Below, one piece after another: positions 1 to 14,755 of a DNA stretch of 64,000 bases. The notes below the pieces were generated by a model, which saw only the letters and a program-made list of their open reading frames with translations, was not told the DNA's origin and did not search any database. The position numbers were made by a program, and so were the translations under genes. Numbering within the stretch: position 1 is the stretch's first letter; every line of letters starts with the position of its first letter. Origin of the DNA: Lama glama (taxonomy: Eukaryota); NCBI GenBank assembly GCA_028534125.1, contig CM052818.1, forward strand, positions 26,600,001 through 26,664,000, written 5' to 3'.

Positions 1-47
1 TGAGGTGGGAAGACCAAGAGAAAGTGGTGACCTAGAAGCCAATGAGT

Positions 48-1105
48 GTGACATTGTGATTTATAAGAAATATATATTTGGCCATTCAGATGACCAAAAT
101 ATGTATCTCATATATATTTGATCTTCATTCACAGTTTCTGGCCCATAGCTCCCAAAACATTTGGAATTTCCTGAACATATTTTGACAAGAGCAATGTGAG
201 CATATTTTGTCATAATATTTGGTCTCTTGTCGTCAGTGCCTAAAAGCTCTTTAAAGCCATGAAGGTGAAATAGGTGTCTTGTTATTCATAACACATCCCT
301 TTCCACCATAACTGGGTTTATATTAATGTGGTGACTTTTGGAAAGCCCTAGGTAACCAAAGGATGGGGAATAGTTGCCAGGAGACCCAACCAGATGATTA
401 AAGACTTGGAACTTTCCATCCCACTCCCTGACTTCCTCTGGGGAGGGTAAAGGGCCTGGAGGATGAAGCAATCACCAATAGCCAATGATTTAATCAGTCG
501 TGCCTATGAAATGAAACCTCCATAAAACCCCTAAAGGGCAGGGTTTGAAGAGCTTCCTGATTGGTGAACACATGGAGATTTGGGGAGAGTGGTGTGCTCA
601 GGGAGGACATGGAGGCTCACACCCTTCCCACATACCTTGCTCTATGCATCACTCCCATCGGCTGCCCACAGCTATACCCTTTTAATAATATACTTGTAAT
701 CTAGTAAGTGAAATGTTTCCTGAGTTTTGTGAGCCATTCTAGCAAATTATTCAAACCCAAGGAGAGGGGTCACTGGATCCTTTAATATATAAGCCAGCCG
801 GTCAGAAGTACAGGTAACAACCTGGACTTGCAATTGGCATTCTGAGTTAGAGGGTGTCATTGGAACCTCCAGTCTACAGCCAGTGGGTCAGAAGCACAGG
901 TGATAATATGGGCTTGAGACTGGTACCTGAAGTGGGGGGAGAGTGGGGGCAGTTTGTGAGACTGAACCCTTGATCTGAAGCTATCTCCAGATAGATCACG
1001 TCAGAATTGAGTTGAATTGCAGAACTCAGCTTGCATGCAAAACATTACTTGGATGTGTGGGGAGCTCCCCCTTTCACCCCCACACATTGGAATTGGGTCC
1101 AGAAC
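48..1105 (+). mobile_element. Solo LTR, MER21-like
   Basis: Starts tgtgacattgtgatttataagaaatatatatttgg; internal duplicated segments typical of MER21 (recalled). Confidence 0.7.
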
Positions 1106-2194
1106 CCCAAGTAGTGGGTGATCAACCAAGTCATTATCTCTGAGAACTGAGTCAAAGAACACTGAGAATTAAATCAGAGTTCCAAGCTATGTTCTTGCAA
1201 AACCCTAGGTTTCATGGAGTCCCTTTGGGGGTGAGTAGGGATCTGGGGAGAGGCAAGGTTACTGAATAAGGCTTAGCCAACCAAGGTTCCAAGTCTCTCT
1301 CCTTGCTTCAACCAAGTCTGCTCTCTTACCTTTGGGGTTCCATGTGAGATTTCCTCTGAAGAAAGTATTCTACTACTTAAGACACAAAACTCTGAAATCT
1401 GCTGAAGCACTTTCTACCACCGAGACAAGGGCAAGAACATGGTGAGGAACTCTTTCTGCAGCACCGCCTCCCATCTAAAGCTGAGGGTCAAAACTAGAGC
1501 TGATGATTTCTAAGGCGTTTTTTCAACTCTAAAACATTTGAATTCTACTCTCTTGTTCCTAGCCCCTGAATAGCAATCCCAGCTCAGACACCACCCGTTC
1601 TGGAGATATATGACCTGGCTGGCGCTCATACATGGGCCTGATAACATTTATGGCCCTTTGAGGAGTGATATAAGAAACATCTTTCTGATCACAGTGCCTT
1701 GAACTTTTTGATTTTGAGACTACTGGACTGAAACATGCACTTTGAGTTAGCAAACCCTTCCTTCTGCCACCCCTGATCTTTATCAGCTCTACAATCTTTC
1801 TGGCCTCAGGCAGTGTCTGGACAACATCTCATCCATGACTGCCAGCCTCCTGTAGCAGAGAAGTTTATCTTTCTTGGTCAATGTCTGAGTATTCTCAATT
1901 TTTCTTGGTTTCTCAGGTGCTGTCATCTCTGTTTTCTGCTCAGGTGAAGATTAACCAGTTTTAGGTATCCAAAGATGCTCTTCCCTTGAATGTAACTTTC
2001 TAAGCTGTATCAACCTGCAGTAAAGGTCTGGGGAAGAAACACAATGATCCTGAAGAAAATCTGATTTTAGGGGAAGCAACTTTGTTTTCTTATGACAAAA
2101 TCTCATTTCCAAGTCTAGGATCCAATTGCAAGCAAATGAAGCATGAGCAGCTGGATTTAAGAATCTTCTAAATTCAGATTTTTAAAGCCCGAAA

Positions 2195-2943
2195 TGAAAC
2201 CATGCCCCACAGAGTTAACAGAAGCTAGTAACTAATAGAAATTCTTGAGCTTGTCTTACAAAACAACAGATAAGGGAATAGCTTGTTAAAACCTCTTTGC
2301 TTGTAAACTGCCTTCGTTGATTAAGCTCGCTTTAGTTATTTTTCTTTCTTTCTTTTTCTCTTTAATTACATACCTTCCCAGCTTCACACAACTCAGTTGT
2401 TTTACAGCAACTTGGGTCAACTCTTGCCCAATGTGAGCCGGCTGGAGTTGATTGGGGCCACAGACCCTAAAACTGTGCCTTCGAAGGTATCTTGTCTCTT
2501 GATGTCAGGAGGCTGGAAAAGTCCACCCTCTTATCAAGCGCCTGTATTTTGAATATGCAGAAGCTTGTAACCCAGATGCACCTGCGCAGAACACCAGTTA
2601 CCTCACTTTTTCCCTACCTGCAATCACCTTTCCCCAAGCCTGACTCCCTTCTAAGGTAGGAGGAGGGTATAGCTCAAGTGGTAGAGCACATGCTTAGCAT
2701 GCATGAGATCCTGGGCTCAAGCAAAAATCAATCAATCAATCAAGCTTTAAAAAAAGAGAGAGATACCCTGCTTATCCCATCAGTATCCCAACCCCCTCAC
2801 CTTCAGAGAGGTGGACCTGAGACTTACTCTGCAGTCTCTTCGATTGTAAACTCTCCTTGTAAGTAAACTTTCTCAGCTGTAAACATTGGCATCTCAGCGT
2901 TTGGCTTGCTGCACGTCAGACAAGTTGACCTGGCCCAGTAACA
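2195..2943 (+). mobile_element. Solo ERV1-type LTR interrupted by a SINE
   Basis: TGAAACC...CCAGTAACA termini; AGTAAA polyA-like signal near 2861; no clear TSD. Confidence 0.6.
2659..2762 (+). mobile_element. tRNA-derived SINE (camelid Vic-1-like)
   Basis: gagggtatagctcaagtggtagagcacatgcttagcatgcatgag head with A box; (AATC)n and A-rich tail. Confidence 0.8.
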
Positions 2944-3139
2944 GAGGCATAATATGCTCTTATAATACCTGTGCTCTTCTTCCAAGATTTTGACCCTGTA
3001 TTTTAAGAACTTTCATGGAGGGTCAAGTACACCTTCATTGTAAGGGAACATATACTACCACATCCTGTGTAAGATAAGAAAAAGGCAGCATGGTACCATG
3101 CCTTACAATTGTGCATAAGTTACCTAACTCATTTGCTCA

Positions 3140-3648
3140 CCATGGTGGACATTTGTTGCTCTTGTCTGTACAGCATCCTCTCTCTAAATCTTCCTTGCGG
3201 AACAACCTCGAACCCACCTTCAACCTTATAATTTGTTAGGGTAACCCTCCCCCAGCTTTGTGGGTGGGCATGAGCCACAGGACAAAGTCAATCACTGCAT
3301 TCCAGTCCCCAGCCCGGAGACTGAGTCATTGGACCTAGAACACCACTTGAGCCAACAGCAATTGGGCCTAGAAATTTATAGAAATGTTGGACAGCAGATG
3401 GACACTCTCCCTAGAGTTGGAGTTATAGGGATATGAACCTGGGGCTACTAGCACCCATCTTGCCCCCAAGACAAAAAGCTTACCTAAGTTTGGAGCCTAC
3501 TCAAAGAAGGGCAGAGCAGAGGGATAGGGAGACAGGGTTCTGGATTCAGCTATGCCTGAAACCAGAGACATAAAATAAATGTCCTTTTTTGCTCAGCTAA
3601 GTTTGAAATGGGTCTTCTATCACTTGTAACCAGAAGAATCTTAAGAGA
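3140..3648 (+). mobile_element. Old MaLR LTR (MLT1-like)
   Basis: 3' end AATAAATGTCCTTTTTT...CTATCACTTGTAACCAGAAGAATCTT resembles MLT1. Confidence 0.55.
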
Positions 3649-3707
3649 TCCATTCTCTTTGGATCTTGCTATCTGAACCTTAAGAATGAAGATGTTGAAA
3701 ACTAGTC

Positions 3708-3915
3708 AGTGTTTCTCAGTGGAGGCACTAATGGCATTTGGTGGGACAATTCTTTATGGTATAAGCTATTCTGGACATTCATTTTGGCCTCTGCCCACAA
3801 AATGCCAGAAGCACCCCTCAGTTATTATGACAACCAAAAATCCACCTCCTATCCCACTAGACACACACACATGCCTCCTAGGAGCATGTACTACCCCCTG
3901 TTGAGAACAAATGAA
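3708..3915 (-). mobile_element. MER20-like hAT MITE
   Basis: cagtgtttctca...ttgagaac termini; internal resemblance to the recalled MER20 consensus. Confidence 0.6.
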
Positions 3916-6900
3916 CTATAAAAATCTCTCATTCTCCTCCTAACCAAGCTAAAATTAGCCATGCCATGTACCACAACTCAGATTCCCTGGGGTCCAGTCT
4001 TAGCATCAACTGAGAATAATTTAGTCTCTGTGTTCATTTATTTTTCAAATGAAGACACTAAGGTACAGCTCTATGGTTAAACCTATCAAAGGATTATTGC
4101 AATTAATTACTCATATGAAATAACTCCAGCATAACCTCAAATGGATCTTTAATATTCCCAAGGAAAATATCTGAAACACTTTTGAAAACCATGTAGCTTG
4201 TAATTTGTCCCATAAAAAGATAATTTTTATAAAACCCTGAAGTTTTTTAGTGGTCTTTTCATATGCTTAACTTGTCTATCGATAAAGGATTAAAATAATT
4301 TATAAAGCTACTCTGTGTCACCACCAATTTTCTGGACGTTTTTAATTACATCTTTAGCAAGAGCAATTGGCCAAAGAGATGGAGGTGGCGGGGGGCAGGG
4401 GTGTTCATTTTTTACAAACAAATGAGTCTTATTATTTCCCAAGCATTACTGCAAGGATGACTAGAGGATAACAATGAAATTGATGGCTGGCAGTCAGCTA
4501 GGATCATTCACTTCTCCACTCCAATCTCTTAGCTCAAATAATTTACTACATGTCATTCTTTGTTAGCCAAAACCACAAATGTTAAATCCTTGACTTCCAA
4601 GGACCCCTTGTACCCCATAGTTCTGTGTAAATGTAATAGAATAAAGTTTTCCATACTATTTATAAGTTATCAGTTTTAAAATCTATTTTTAATGACACCC
4701 TCTGTAATCTTTGTAGGGTTTTATTTGTTTGTTTCGTTGAGGACTTTGCTTGTCTGGTTTTTGCGTTAAGCCATGGTTTGTTTTGTTTTGTTTCTCTTCT
4801 TGACAATTCTGTGCTCTTAATATTAATTCTCGAACAAATGGTCTAAATTCTCCTTGGCATATTTGGATATGTTGGAGAGTGGGCTACGTTCCATGTGTTG
4901 CCTTTGAAATATGAGCACAATGAGATGACTTCACATCGCGTGAGCACGCCAACCACATTCAGGCTGAGGGCTACAGCCATGACACAGACAATCCTTTCAT
5001 CTCAGCTTTCTTCAAAACTGCCATAAATTATTGCTGCTGGATGTAGTGCCAGGATTGCAGGACCAATTTTCATGTTTAGGTGGATTTGAGGGGTGCCCCA
5101 TACCACCCTACTGGCTCCATTAGCTAATGACCTCCCCTCTCCACCTCAGCCCTTCTGTGAAACATGGTGGTGATTTTACACAACGGGATCTGCTCCTTGC
5201 AACAAAGCAGTAAGTTAGCTATTTGAAGGCTGAGAAAGAAGTACAATAGAAGTCACAGAAGTGAGACAGAAGGGAAAAAAGGGGGGAGGCCGTTAAACCA
5301 CTTCAAAACTACTTTTAGAATTTCAGACTGTGTAGAAAGTGGCCCTGAAGCTCAGAGCAAAACCTCAATCTTTCATACGTTCATCTTTGAAGCCAGAAGT
5401 TTTTGAAAAGGCTGGCTATGAAAGCACAACCCCACACCTTCATGAACAATAAAATGGAGGAATTTCCTATGTTAGCTTTGCTTTAAATTACTGTGGCTGT
5501 CTTAAGTTGTCTCCCTCATTTTCTCTTTACCCCTTTGTCCTTTACCCCTACACCTTCATTCTTCAGATTTGGGGCATGCAGAGAAACTGAGATTTCATTT
5601 TCAGTAGACTACAGCACGACCAAGCCCCATGTGGGGCTGTCTGTACATCAGAGAAATAGAAAGGTCTTGCATCTTGTCCTTCCCTCCTTTGTTGGAAGTA
5701 ATCACCTCCAGCTGAGCCAAGTTGATTGCGTGATTGTTCAGTTTTCACATGATTTGGGGGCAGCCTCATCATGAATGTACATCTTTGATGGAAGAAAGAA
5801 GCTCCAGGAAATAAACAGTTTAAGGATTTGGAGTTGGAGCTGAAAACATGGATGGCTTCGTTCTTATGACAGCTGCTTCACCATCTAAAACATTTTTCCA
5901 GTTTGAAGGATCTGTCTTTTCTCTTCCAGCCTCAACCCTCAAGCTACAATAACAGACTCAATGATTTTTTTCAGATGCCAAATTTATGAATACTCTTTTA
6001 TGAATATTTTCCTTTGAACTCATTTCTCTTGAAGAAGATAAATAGCCCTATGTATTGCAGGGTTGACAGTAATAGACAAAGAATACAAATTGTTCTCTTA
6101 GGGGCAGTAAAATGCACCAAAATGCATATAGAAAAATTCCAAATACAATATAATGTTTATGGAGCCCTGCTTTTGCAGCTATAATTTTTAAAAAGCAGTA
6201 TTTCTGACTGGCATGTATTATACAGAACTATTTCAAAGATTAATATCAAGATTAATACCTTAAAATGTCTCCTTTTATGGGGTATCATGATTGCTTTTCC
6301 CATATTAGTACAAACTCTTAGTGAGTAGAATTTTAGGATGTGCCATTTAGAAGGAAGGAAATTTCATTGAATTAATCTGCTTATGTTTTTATTTTTCCTT
6401 TTATCTCATTTCAACATATCCTCCAACTTCCTCCTCTAAAAATAATTCAACTAATGTCAACTCAACAGATCATCTTATTTCAAGCCGCCTCAAAAAGAAC
6501 TTACTGTTTAGGCTTATAAATTATATATAGTACTGTCAACTTATTTTTAGGTTCCTTATTAAAATTTCTTTTCATTCTGTTTTAAACCATTAGTTAAATC
6601 ATTTCTTTTCTGGTATTTTTAAAAAATGTGTTTTCCCTGAACCCCTCTCAAATATTTTTTCTCATCCGAAAGCTAATCCAGAAAACTCAGCCCTTTTTAA
6701 TCCTGCTTTGTGGCTTAGATTCTTTTCACCCTAGAACCACTCATGTTGATGTCTGTTATACCCATGCTGATGTAAGAACAGCCTTTGATTTGGCAGAGAA
6801 ATAATTCTGCATGTAAATGATGTGCCTCTGAAGCCTAATAGTGTCAGGTGAATCATGGCAGCAGTGATTTAAGAATGTTCTCCCAGGCTGAGTGAATGCC

Positions 6901-6984
6901 CTATAAAAATTTCAAGATAACGATTGTCGCTTCACGCCTGTCATTAATAATTTTCTGCAAAGTTCTTTTCATGTAAAGAGGCAG

Positions 6985-7230
6985 TACTCTACAGTGGTCA
7001 GAGCATGAGCTTTAGAGCCAGCCTACTTGAGTTCTAACCCTATCATTGCCACTGAATAGCTGCGTGACCTTGAAGAAGACACTTAAACACTCTGAGCATC
7101 ACAAAATGGGGTAATATCACCTACCCCTTAGGATTGTTACAAGGATTAAGTTGGTAAAAACACATAAAGCACTTATGACACTCTCAGACACTGAACTATT
7201 ACTCAATAAGTGTTAGCTCTTAATAGTATT
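6985..7230 (+). mobile_element. MIR SINE
   Basis: tagctgcgtgaccttg...aaaatggggtaatatcacctacc core. Confidence 0.7.
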
Positions 7231-8217
7231 TATCTCACAAAGGCACAATATCCCTTAACATAATTTTAGAAGCAGGTTTGTAAAATAAAAAGAAATTTTA
7301 GAAAAATCTAGTTCTGTAAAATATATCAACATGAAATTATGAACAGATATTGTTGCATAAAATTATATATAATCCTGGCTATTCATTTATATAATTATAT
7401 AAAAGCATATAGATAAAATTATATTTATCCTTTTCTTTAACCTGAAGATATGTTTTAGTACGTAAATTCCTTTTCCAGTGACTTCCTTTGTTATTGAACT
7501 TGAAATTGCCGTTGCTTCCCCGCTCAGCTTGTCTGTCTCACACCCTGCCTGGCCCCAGAACATGAATCCAGTGAGGATTTATTAAATGTCTGCTCAGAAT
7601 GGAGAGAACACAAAAAATGGCAGCCCCAACTAACTTCATGTGTATGGCAGGATGAATTTCCTAATTGTTTAATTGATCTAGTTTGTGTTTCTAGGTAATT
7701 GTTTCCTACAGCTACAGACAAATCCATGAATTCCTGTTTCCAGCTCAAACAAATGTGCATCCATGAATCTCTTGAGAGAAACATGCTTAATTAACCAAAC
7801 TTGAATACTACATAATTTACCTACGCAAAAATGATAATAATTGTTCTGCTCCTGTGGTGTTACCTTAATATTGACTCTGGAGGACTCACTGAATTCAACC
7901 CAAGATCAAAACAGCAAATAAGTGTCTAGTAATTATATAATTCAACAGAAAAAAGGCAAAAAAACTATAGCTACAGTTTGATTCTAATTACATTAAAAAC
8001 TGCATTGAAATTATATGAAAAAAACTAGAGTAAATGGTGATTCTGTTAATATAATGAAATTACAGTTTTTTCTTTTCTCCATTTTCTATATTTTTGGTGC
8101 TGACTGTATTATTTTATAATAAAAGTGTTAAATGTGTAACACTATAAAAATTTAGCTATATTTTAAATTATATAATTTTAAATTTATATACATGAGAAAG
8201 AAATTCACAGCATGGCA

Positions 8218-8223
8218 TTTAAT
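8218..8223 (-). terminator. Candidate QPCT polyadenylation signal ATTAAA
   Basis: ATTAAA on the minus strand about 475 nt after the stop codon, in an AT-rich 3'UTR; other hexamers are possible. Confidence 0.35.
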
Positions 8224-8696
8224 TCTGGCTTAATTTCCATGAGATAAACCATACAAAGATTTCTCAAAGAAATGTGAATCTTCAAATCACATTTCTATTT
8301 TGGATTATATGCAATAGATTCCCAAGTATAAAAAAATCATAAAACTAAGGCTACACATTGCACATGACCATCATATTTAAGTACTGTTTAGAAGACCATG
8401 ATACTGACTTATATGAACCTGATTTAGCTTCATAGTTTCTTATCTAAAGGAGTTTTTAGAACATAGCTATCTTCAGATTTCTTACATTCTCCTTTCTTTA
8501 TCACTAAATAAAAATTAACAAGCAATTTAGGACAATGACATAAATCTAGGATATTTAAAAGTACATACAGAATGAACCTATAGAAGTTTCCACACAGCAT
8601 TTGTCTGGAGTCAAATTATTTTAAATGAAATTGAATTATTTTAAATTGAATTTGAATGTGATACCAGATGCAATTACCATAAACTAAATCAGGATA

Positions 8697-8867
<171 letters not shown>

Positions 8868-9009
8868 TCAGTGCATAGTTCCAGTAAGTAAACTGAAAAG
8901 TATCTTTCATCAAAGAAGTCTGAGTGGGAGCTCTGTACTATATAAACACAGCTGATAATTCATCATCTTCTGTGTACTTCCGTGTATCTTACCCATATGC
9001 TCCAAAGTC

Positions 9010-9690
9010 ATTCATTCGTTAAACAAATGTTAATTAATTCAGTTAACAATTATAAAGCACCTCCTATGTACCAGTCCCTATTTTAGGAGTTGAGGTTTCA
9101 TTAGTAAAAAGGCAGAGCCCTGTCCATATGGAGATACATTCCAGTAGACAAAGATGCAAATAAACAAATACAAAAAACAATTTTAGAAAGTGATCAAGCT
9201 TATAAAGAATAGTAAAACAAGGTAAGGAACTAGAGAATGAGGGGCACACAGCAGGGCCAAAAAAGAGATATTTAAAGTCAAGGAAGACCTCTTGGAGAAA
9301 CTAACATTTAAATAGATGCAGCAAGGGAGAAAGCAAGCTGTGTGAAGATCTGAGGATGAGCATTCCAGGCAGCATTAGCAAGTGCAAAGGTCCTGAGGCA
9401 GGAGTGTGCTTAGCCTACTTGAGAAACAGCAAGGGGGCTGAGTCAGAGCAATAATTGGAGAGAGAAGGAGGAGGTCATGTTGGAGAGGGAGAAAAGGGTC
9501 AGAAAATGGCGCCCTTGTAGGCCACGATAAAGGCTCTGGGTCTTATTCTACATGATGGAAAGTCACCAGAGCTTTAAAGTAGGGAAATAACATAATTTGA
9601 TTTACATTTTTAAAAGATAACTCTTTTTCCTATGTAAAGAATAGGGAAGCAAGAGCAAAAGCAGGAGATCAATTGGGAGGCTACTGCAAG
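9010..9690 (-). mobile_element. L2 LINE fragment
   Basis: cattcattc tail followed by typical L2 3' region (cattccaggcag...gtgcaaaggtcctgaggcagga). Confidence 0.7.
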
Positions 9691-9976
9691 AATTCTTGGG
9701 TTAATTTAGACTTCCAACTCTGATGGAAAGAATATTGCTTCCCTAGTAACGGAAACACCAGAGTTACACTAAGTATAAGAATACGACCTAGCTCTATGAA
9801 AAAGAAGGCAGAATGTCAGAGGTATATGAGTTTGATAAATATTCCATGTGTAGGAAAAAAACATAAAAGTGTCCTCAGGGATTTAGAATGACTTTCATGA
9901 AAAAATAGAAGCCATGAGATAACTGGTGAATAATTTAATTAATCAATTATTAATTTAATGGTTCCTCACACTTCTA

Positions 9977-10216
<240 letters not shown>

Positions 10217-10631
10217 TTATATCTGATCAGTAGTCAGAACGCATAAAGAGTTTGGAATCCTGACCCATGTGGCCATTGTTTTTAAAACAGTATGCAGTAG
10301 AACACACACGACAATACATATCTGAGCTGAACTTGGGTGTAGACATTTTGGAGTAGTACTGAGAGAAGAATCATACATGACTCCAGCTTTATAGGTGAGA
10401 ACCCCCTTAAAGTCAGAAACTTAACAGAACAAGAGAGAGAAAGATAGAGAATGAGAAAACTAGAGGGAAATGGGAGACAACACAGGTGTAGATACTTACA
10501 GATCCTCACTCCTGCACGAAGAATTCCTTAAGAGATGTGGGGCCTGAAAGGGGACTACTCTAACAAAATAGGTATGAAGTAGTATGCTGAGTGACCCCTC
10601 GACGGGAAAGGGATACCTATTATGACTTGCA

Positions 10632-10820
10632 CCATGGTTCTCAAAGTGTGGTCTATGATCAGCTGCATCAGCATCACTGGGGAACTTGCTAGAAATGCAG
10701 ATTATCTGGCCCACCTCAGACCTACTGAGTCAGAAATTCTGGGGGTAGGGCCTGGCAATTTGGAGTGTAACAAGCCCTCCAGGTGATTCTAATGCACACT
10801 AAAATTTGAGACCCATTGGC
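10632..10820 (+). mobile_element. MER5A-like hAT MITE
   Basis: ggttctcaaagtgtggtc...cagcatcactggggaacttgctagaaatgcaga...tttgagacccattg. Confidence 0.8.
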
Positions 10821-12419
10821 CCACATTCCATCACTCCTGTCATCTTGTAACATAGAACCCATGTGCTACATGGTTACATATACCATGCGTCTATGTTACA
10901 AGACGATAAGAGATCACAAGAAGAGTTTAAGACAACTGAATGAAACTTCCCAGGATAGGGTTCTTTGAGTTGCTCAATTTAAAAGGTAAAACTAGACCAG
11001 GTGGTAGGTATTCATATGTAATATGATTTTAAGAACATAGAGAAAGCCTTTACTACCACCAAAACAATATTCCCATCGGTTTATTGATAATTATAACTCC
11101 TATATCTTAGGATACAACTTTTCCTTATACAATTAGAGATACGGTTTGAAGTGTAAATACTGCTCAATGAGGCAGCACAATGAGTTAAAATTACATTAGG
11201 ATGTGAGTTACTGATATAAATTCATTCTGGTGGAGAAAATGAGAGAAGTGTGCAAAATCCTTGAAAGAAGGCCAAACCCAATTTCTTGAGGCTGCCATCA
11301 AAGTGAGGAAAATATGCTGTAAGGAAGTGGCCCAAGAAGCTTATATTAATACTATTATAGCAATTCTTTCAAACTAGGAATTGAAATTTGCCAAAGAGAA
11401 GCATTTGAGGTTCAGGTAAAAGTTTCTTTGAAAATAGTCTAGATCTAGAAATTGGCAAATTCTGAACTCACAGCAGAAGCATGAGTCGAGATAGCATTGC
11501 TTTTCCCACTGCTTAGAGGAAATACAATTCTATTCTGTTCCAGGAGGCTTCTGTGGCTTGGGAGGAATTCCTAGCCTGATGTTCTTGCCTCAGTCCTGGC
11601 TTGGATGCTACAGTAAAAGTTTATCTCATGTTCATCTCTCCCTGATGCCAGTTTTTTTGTTTTGTTTTGTTTTGTTTTGTTTTGTGGTTGTTGTGTGTGT
11701 GTGTGTTTGGGGAAGTAAGGAGGGGTGTATGGAGTGTGGACGTACAAAGAAAAGAAGTTATCCTTTTTTCCCTTCTCCAAGTTCCAAGCCTCTCTCTTGG
11801 GCTGTGGATATCTTGGTTGCCTGGCCTGGCCTGGCCTAACCTAGTCTGGCCTAGTCTACTCTCATTTATTTGACACTAAACCTTCTCTTAAATGACCCTT
11901 AAAGGATTTTGGCTTTCTCTTGCATCCCCATCTCCTACTCCTTTGGGAAATAGGCAGAGATTGTACCAGACTTAAAGGAAAATCACATCTGCACAAGACA
12001 GAAAATAGAAGATGACAAAGGCAGAGATGAAAAAGAAAGGAACATTAAAGAATATCTATAGGTATCATTATAAGGACATAACACTCATCATCGTCCAACA
12101 TGCTTTACTGAATTTTCCCTAAAAATGCATTCCATATGCTTTAAAAAGGACTGTGGAAAAATATTTCCAAACTATTTCTAAGGGTATGCAAATATAAAAT
12201 GTAGTATTTTATGTTTCCATTACAAAATGCAATTTCATGCAGGAAAATGAAGTGGGCCTTCTGAAAGAGATGAATGGGAATAATAAACTAATCGATAAAG
12301 CAAGGAAAAAAAGCCAGTAAAGTATATAACGTATTCAAATCACACACCTAAATCATAAATTCTGAATTTTAAAATGCAGTGTTTGTCAGTGGGAAGAAAA
12401 CAGCTTTTATTCTTTACTA

Positions 12420-12533
<114 letters not shown>

Positions 12534-13009
12534 CTAAGGGAGAAAAAATATTGTATAATCACTATCACCGAAACACATTTCATAATCATCAATGGAAAAA
12601 AAAATCAGTTAAAACTAATTGCATTTTAATAACTGAGAATAAAATAGGGAGCCGTATAAATGAACAAAAGGTTTAATAGCATTGTAAGTGAATCATTAGA
12701 GGGAACTTTTTAAATCTTGCTACACAATGTGGACAAATAGCAAATTGTAGATTCTTCATGTAACCTTCTGTAACCCCAGAAGGATATCACTAAGGATAAA
12801 CTAGAAAGAGGACACTAGGTTGAATTTTTCATAGAAAAAAAAAAAGAATGCATGTGCTTTATTTTCAGATGGGAGTCCAAGTCTATCTGATCTTCTATTC
12901 CATTCCAATTAGCCATTTTATCCTTAGTCTGTAATGACATAATTGCCATGGAGAGCACTTGGATAGTAACCATTTAGTCCTTTTAAAGCAGCATATAAGA
13001 AAAATTCCT

Positions 13010-13077
13010 CACATTATAAAACGATTATAAATCAATAAAAAATGTTAAAAAAAAACTTCCAAAAAAAAAAAAAAGAA
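13010..13077 (+). mobile_element. Extremely 5'-truncated L1 3' end with 13-bp TSD
   Basis: AATAAA and A tails flanked by AAGAAAAATTCCT at 12997-13009 and 13078-13090. Confidence 0.7.
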
Positions 13078-14506
13078 AAGAAAAATTCCTTGACTGGGGC
13101 TCTGTGAGCTTAGTCTCTGGATCTCCATTTCCTTTTCTATCAAACAAGAAGTTCAAACTTGCTGATCGCTAAAGGTTCCTCCTGGTTATAAGCCTCTGTA
13201 ATATACCAGAATATATATATAACTTGTTTGAGTCATAAAACATCAGGAAGCTTGAGGACTGCCCGAAGACTCCCCCCAGATTAAGAACTACTAATTTATA
13301 TAATCGAGATAAGGTGTGGGTAAATTTCTAGCATTGATCCTGACACATCAATAAATATTTTCAGAGTCTATGACTCTAAAGATAATAGGAACTATTCACT
13401 CATAAATGATGATTAAGGTATTCATTGGCAGAAAAGTGGTCTTTGAAATAGGAGTATATTCACAAGATTGGGTAAGCGCCTAAGAGTTTGTTTCTGGGGA
13501 AAAATGGTCTTAACTATCACTATGGATTCATGTATTCAGATTGATAAATAACTGTGTTCCTCCTGCTGATCAATCAGATCTCTCCTCCTCTTCTGAATCC
13601 TTTTTAGTCATTTGGACAAAAGTGACTGGATCACATGCCAACTATGTTCCCCTGACCCGTTATGAGCTGCCAACAGACAATGGGACGGAGAGAAAGCCAA
13701 CATGTGATGTGTCGGAGTCATGGAGAACACTGAATATGGCCATTTGGACTCATTTGGTGAAGGTCAGTGATAAGGCAAAGGACAGGGATGAGTGGAGAGG
13801 GTTAGGAATAGGCTGTCACTTCACAGGTAAGGTGAGGGTCAGGGATGGATGGAGCCACAGGGAAGATGAAGTCTCAAGGGTTCCAGGCAAGAGTTAGTGA
13901 GGACCCAAGTACTGACTAAAGGTCAAATATGGGAAGAGAGTCAGAATAGGAAGAAAATTCAAAGGTGGGATAAGGGATTAGGTATGTGGTATGGACTCAG
14001 GGATGGGGATAAAAAAAAGGGCATGAAATGCACCCATTACTTGGTAATAGGAGCAGAGTTTTAAGGAGCATTGAAATATCTCCACCCCCATGTTGAAAAC
14101 ACCATATCAAAACAGACCCATCAAAATGTCCTATACACACTGGAGTCACCATAATGCTTTGAAGCTACCAGGGAAATTCTTCACTCCCATCTCCTTATTA
14201 TGTTCCACTCTTACTCCATTTCCCGGGACCCAGCCTCCTCAGGCTTGATAGAGGCCTCAGAGAAGGGACTTGCTCTCTCCACCTCTATACTTACTGGGGG
14301 AGTGTGCTCCCGTGGGACCGAACTGAACCTGATGTTTCCTTATTTTGATTTTTTACATCATTCTAATTAAGCTCAGTTGAACACAACTTCTAACCCAGAA
14401 TCATTCTTTTTAGCTCTGGGATTCCTCAAAAAACCCAAAGCCTGCCAAAAAATGTTCTATTATAAACACTCTGCTCCAAGCATGCCATGGCAATTTTAGT
14501 TCTTTA

Positions 14507-14755
<249 letters not shown>

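Noticed and set aside
2659..2725. tRNA gene (also the copy at 24029-24100)
   Set aside because: tRNA-like head followed by an A-rich tail, with a TSD at the second copy; these are SINEs
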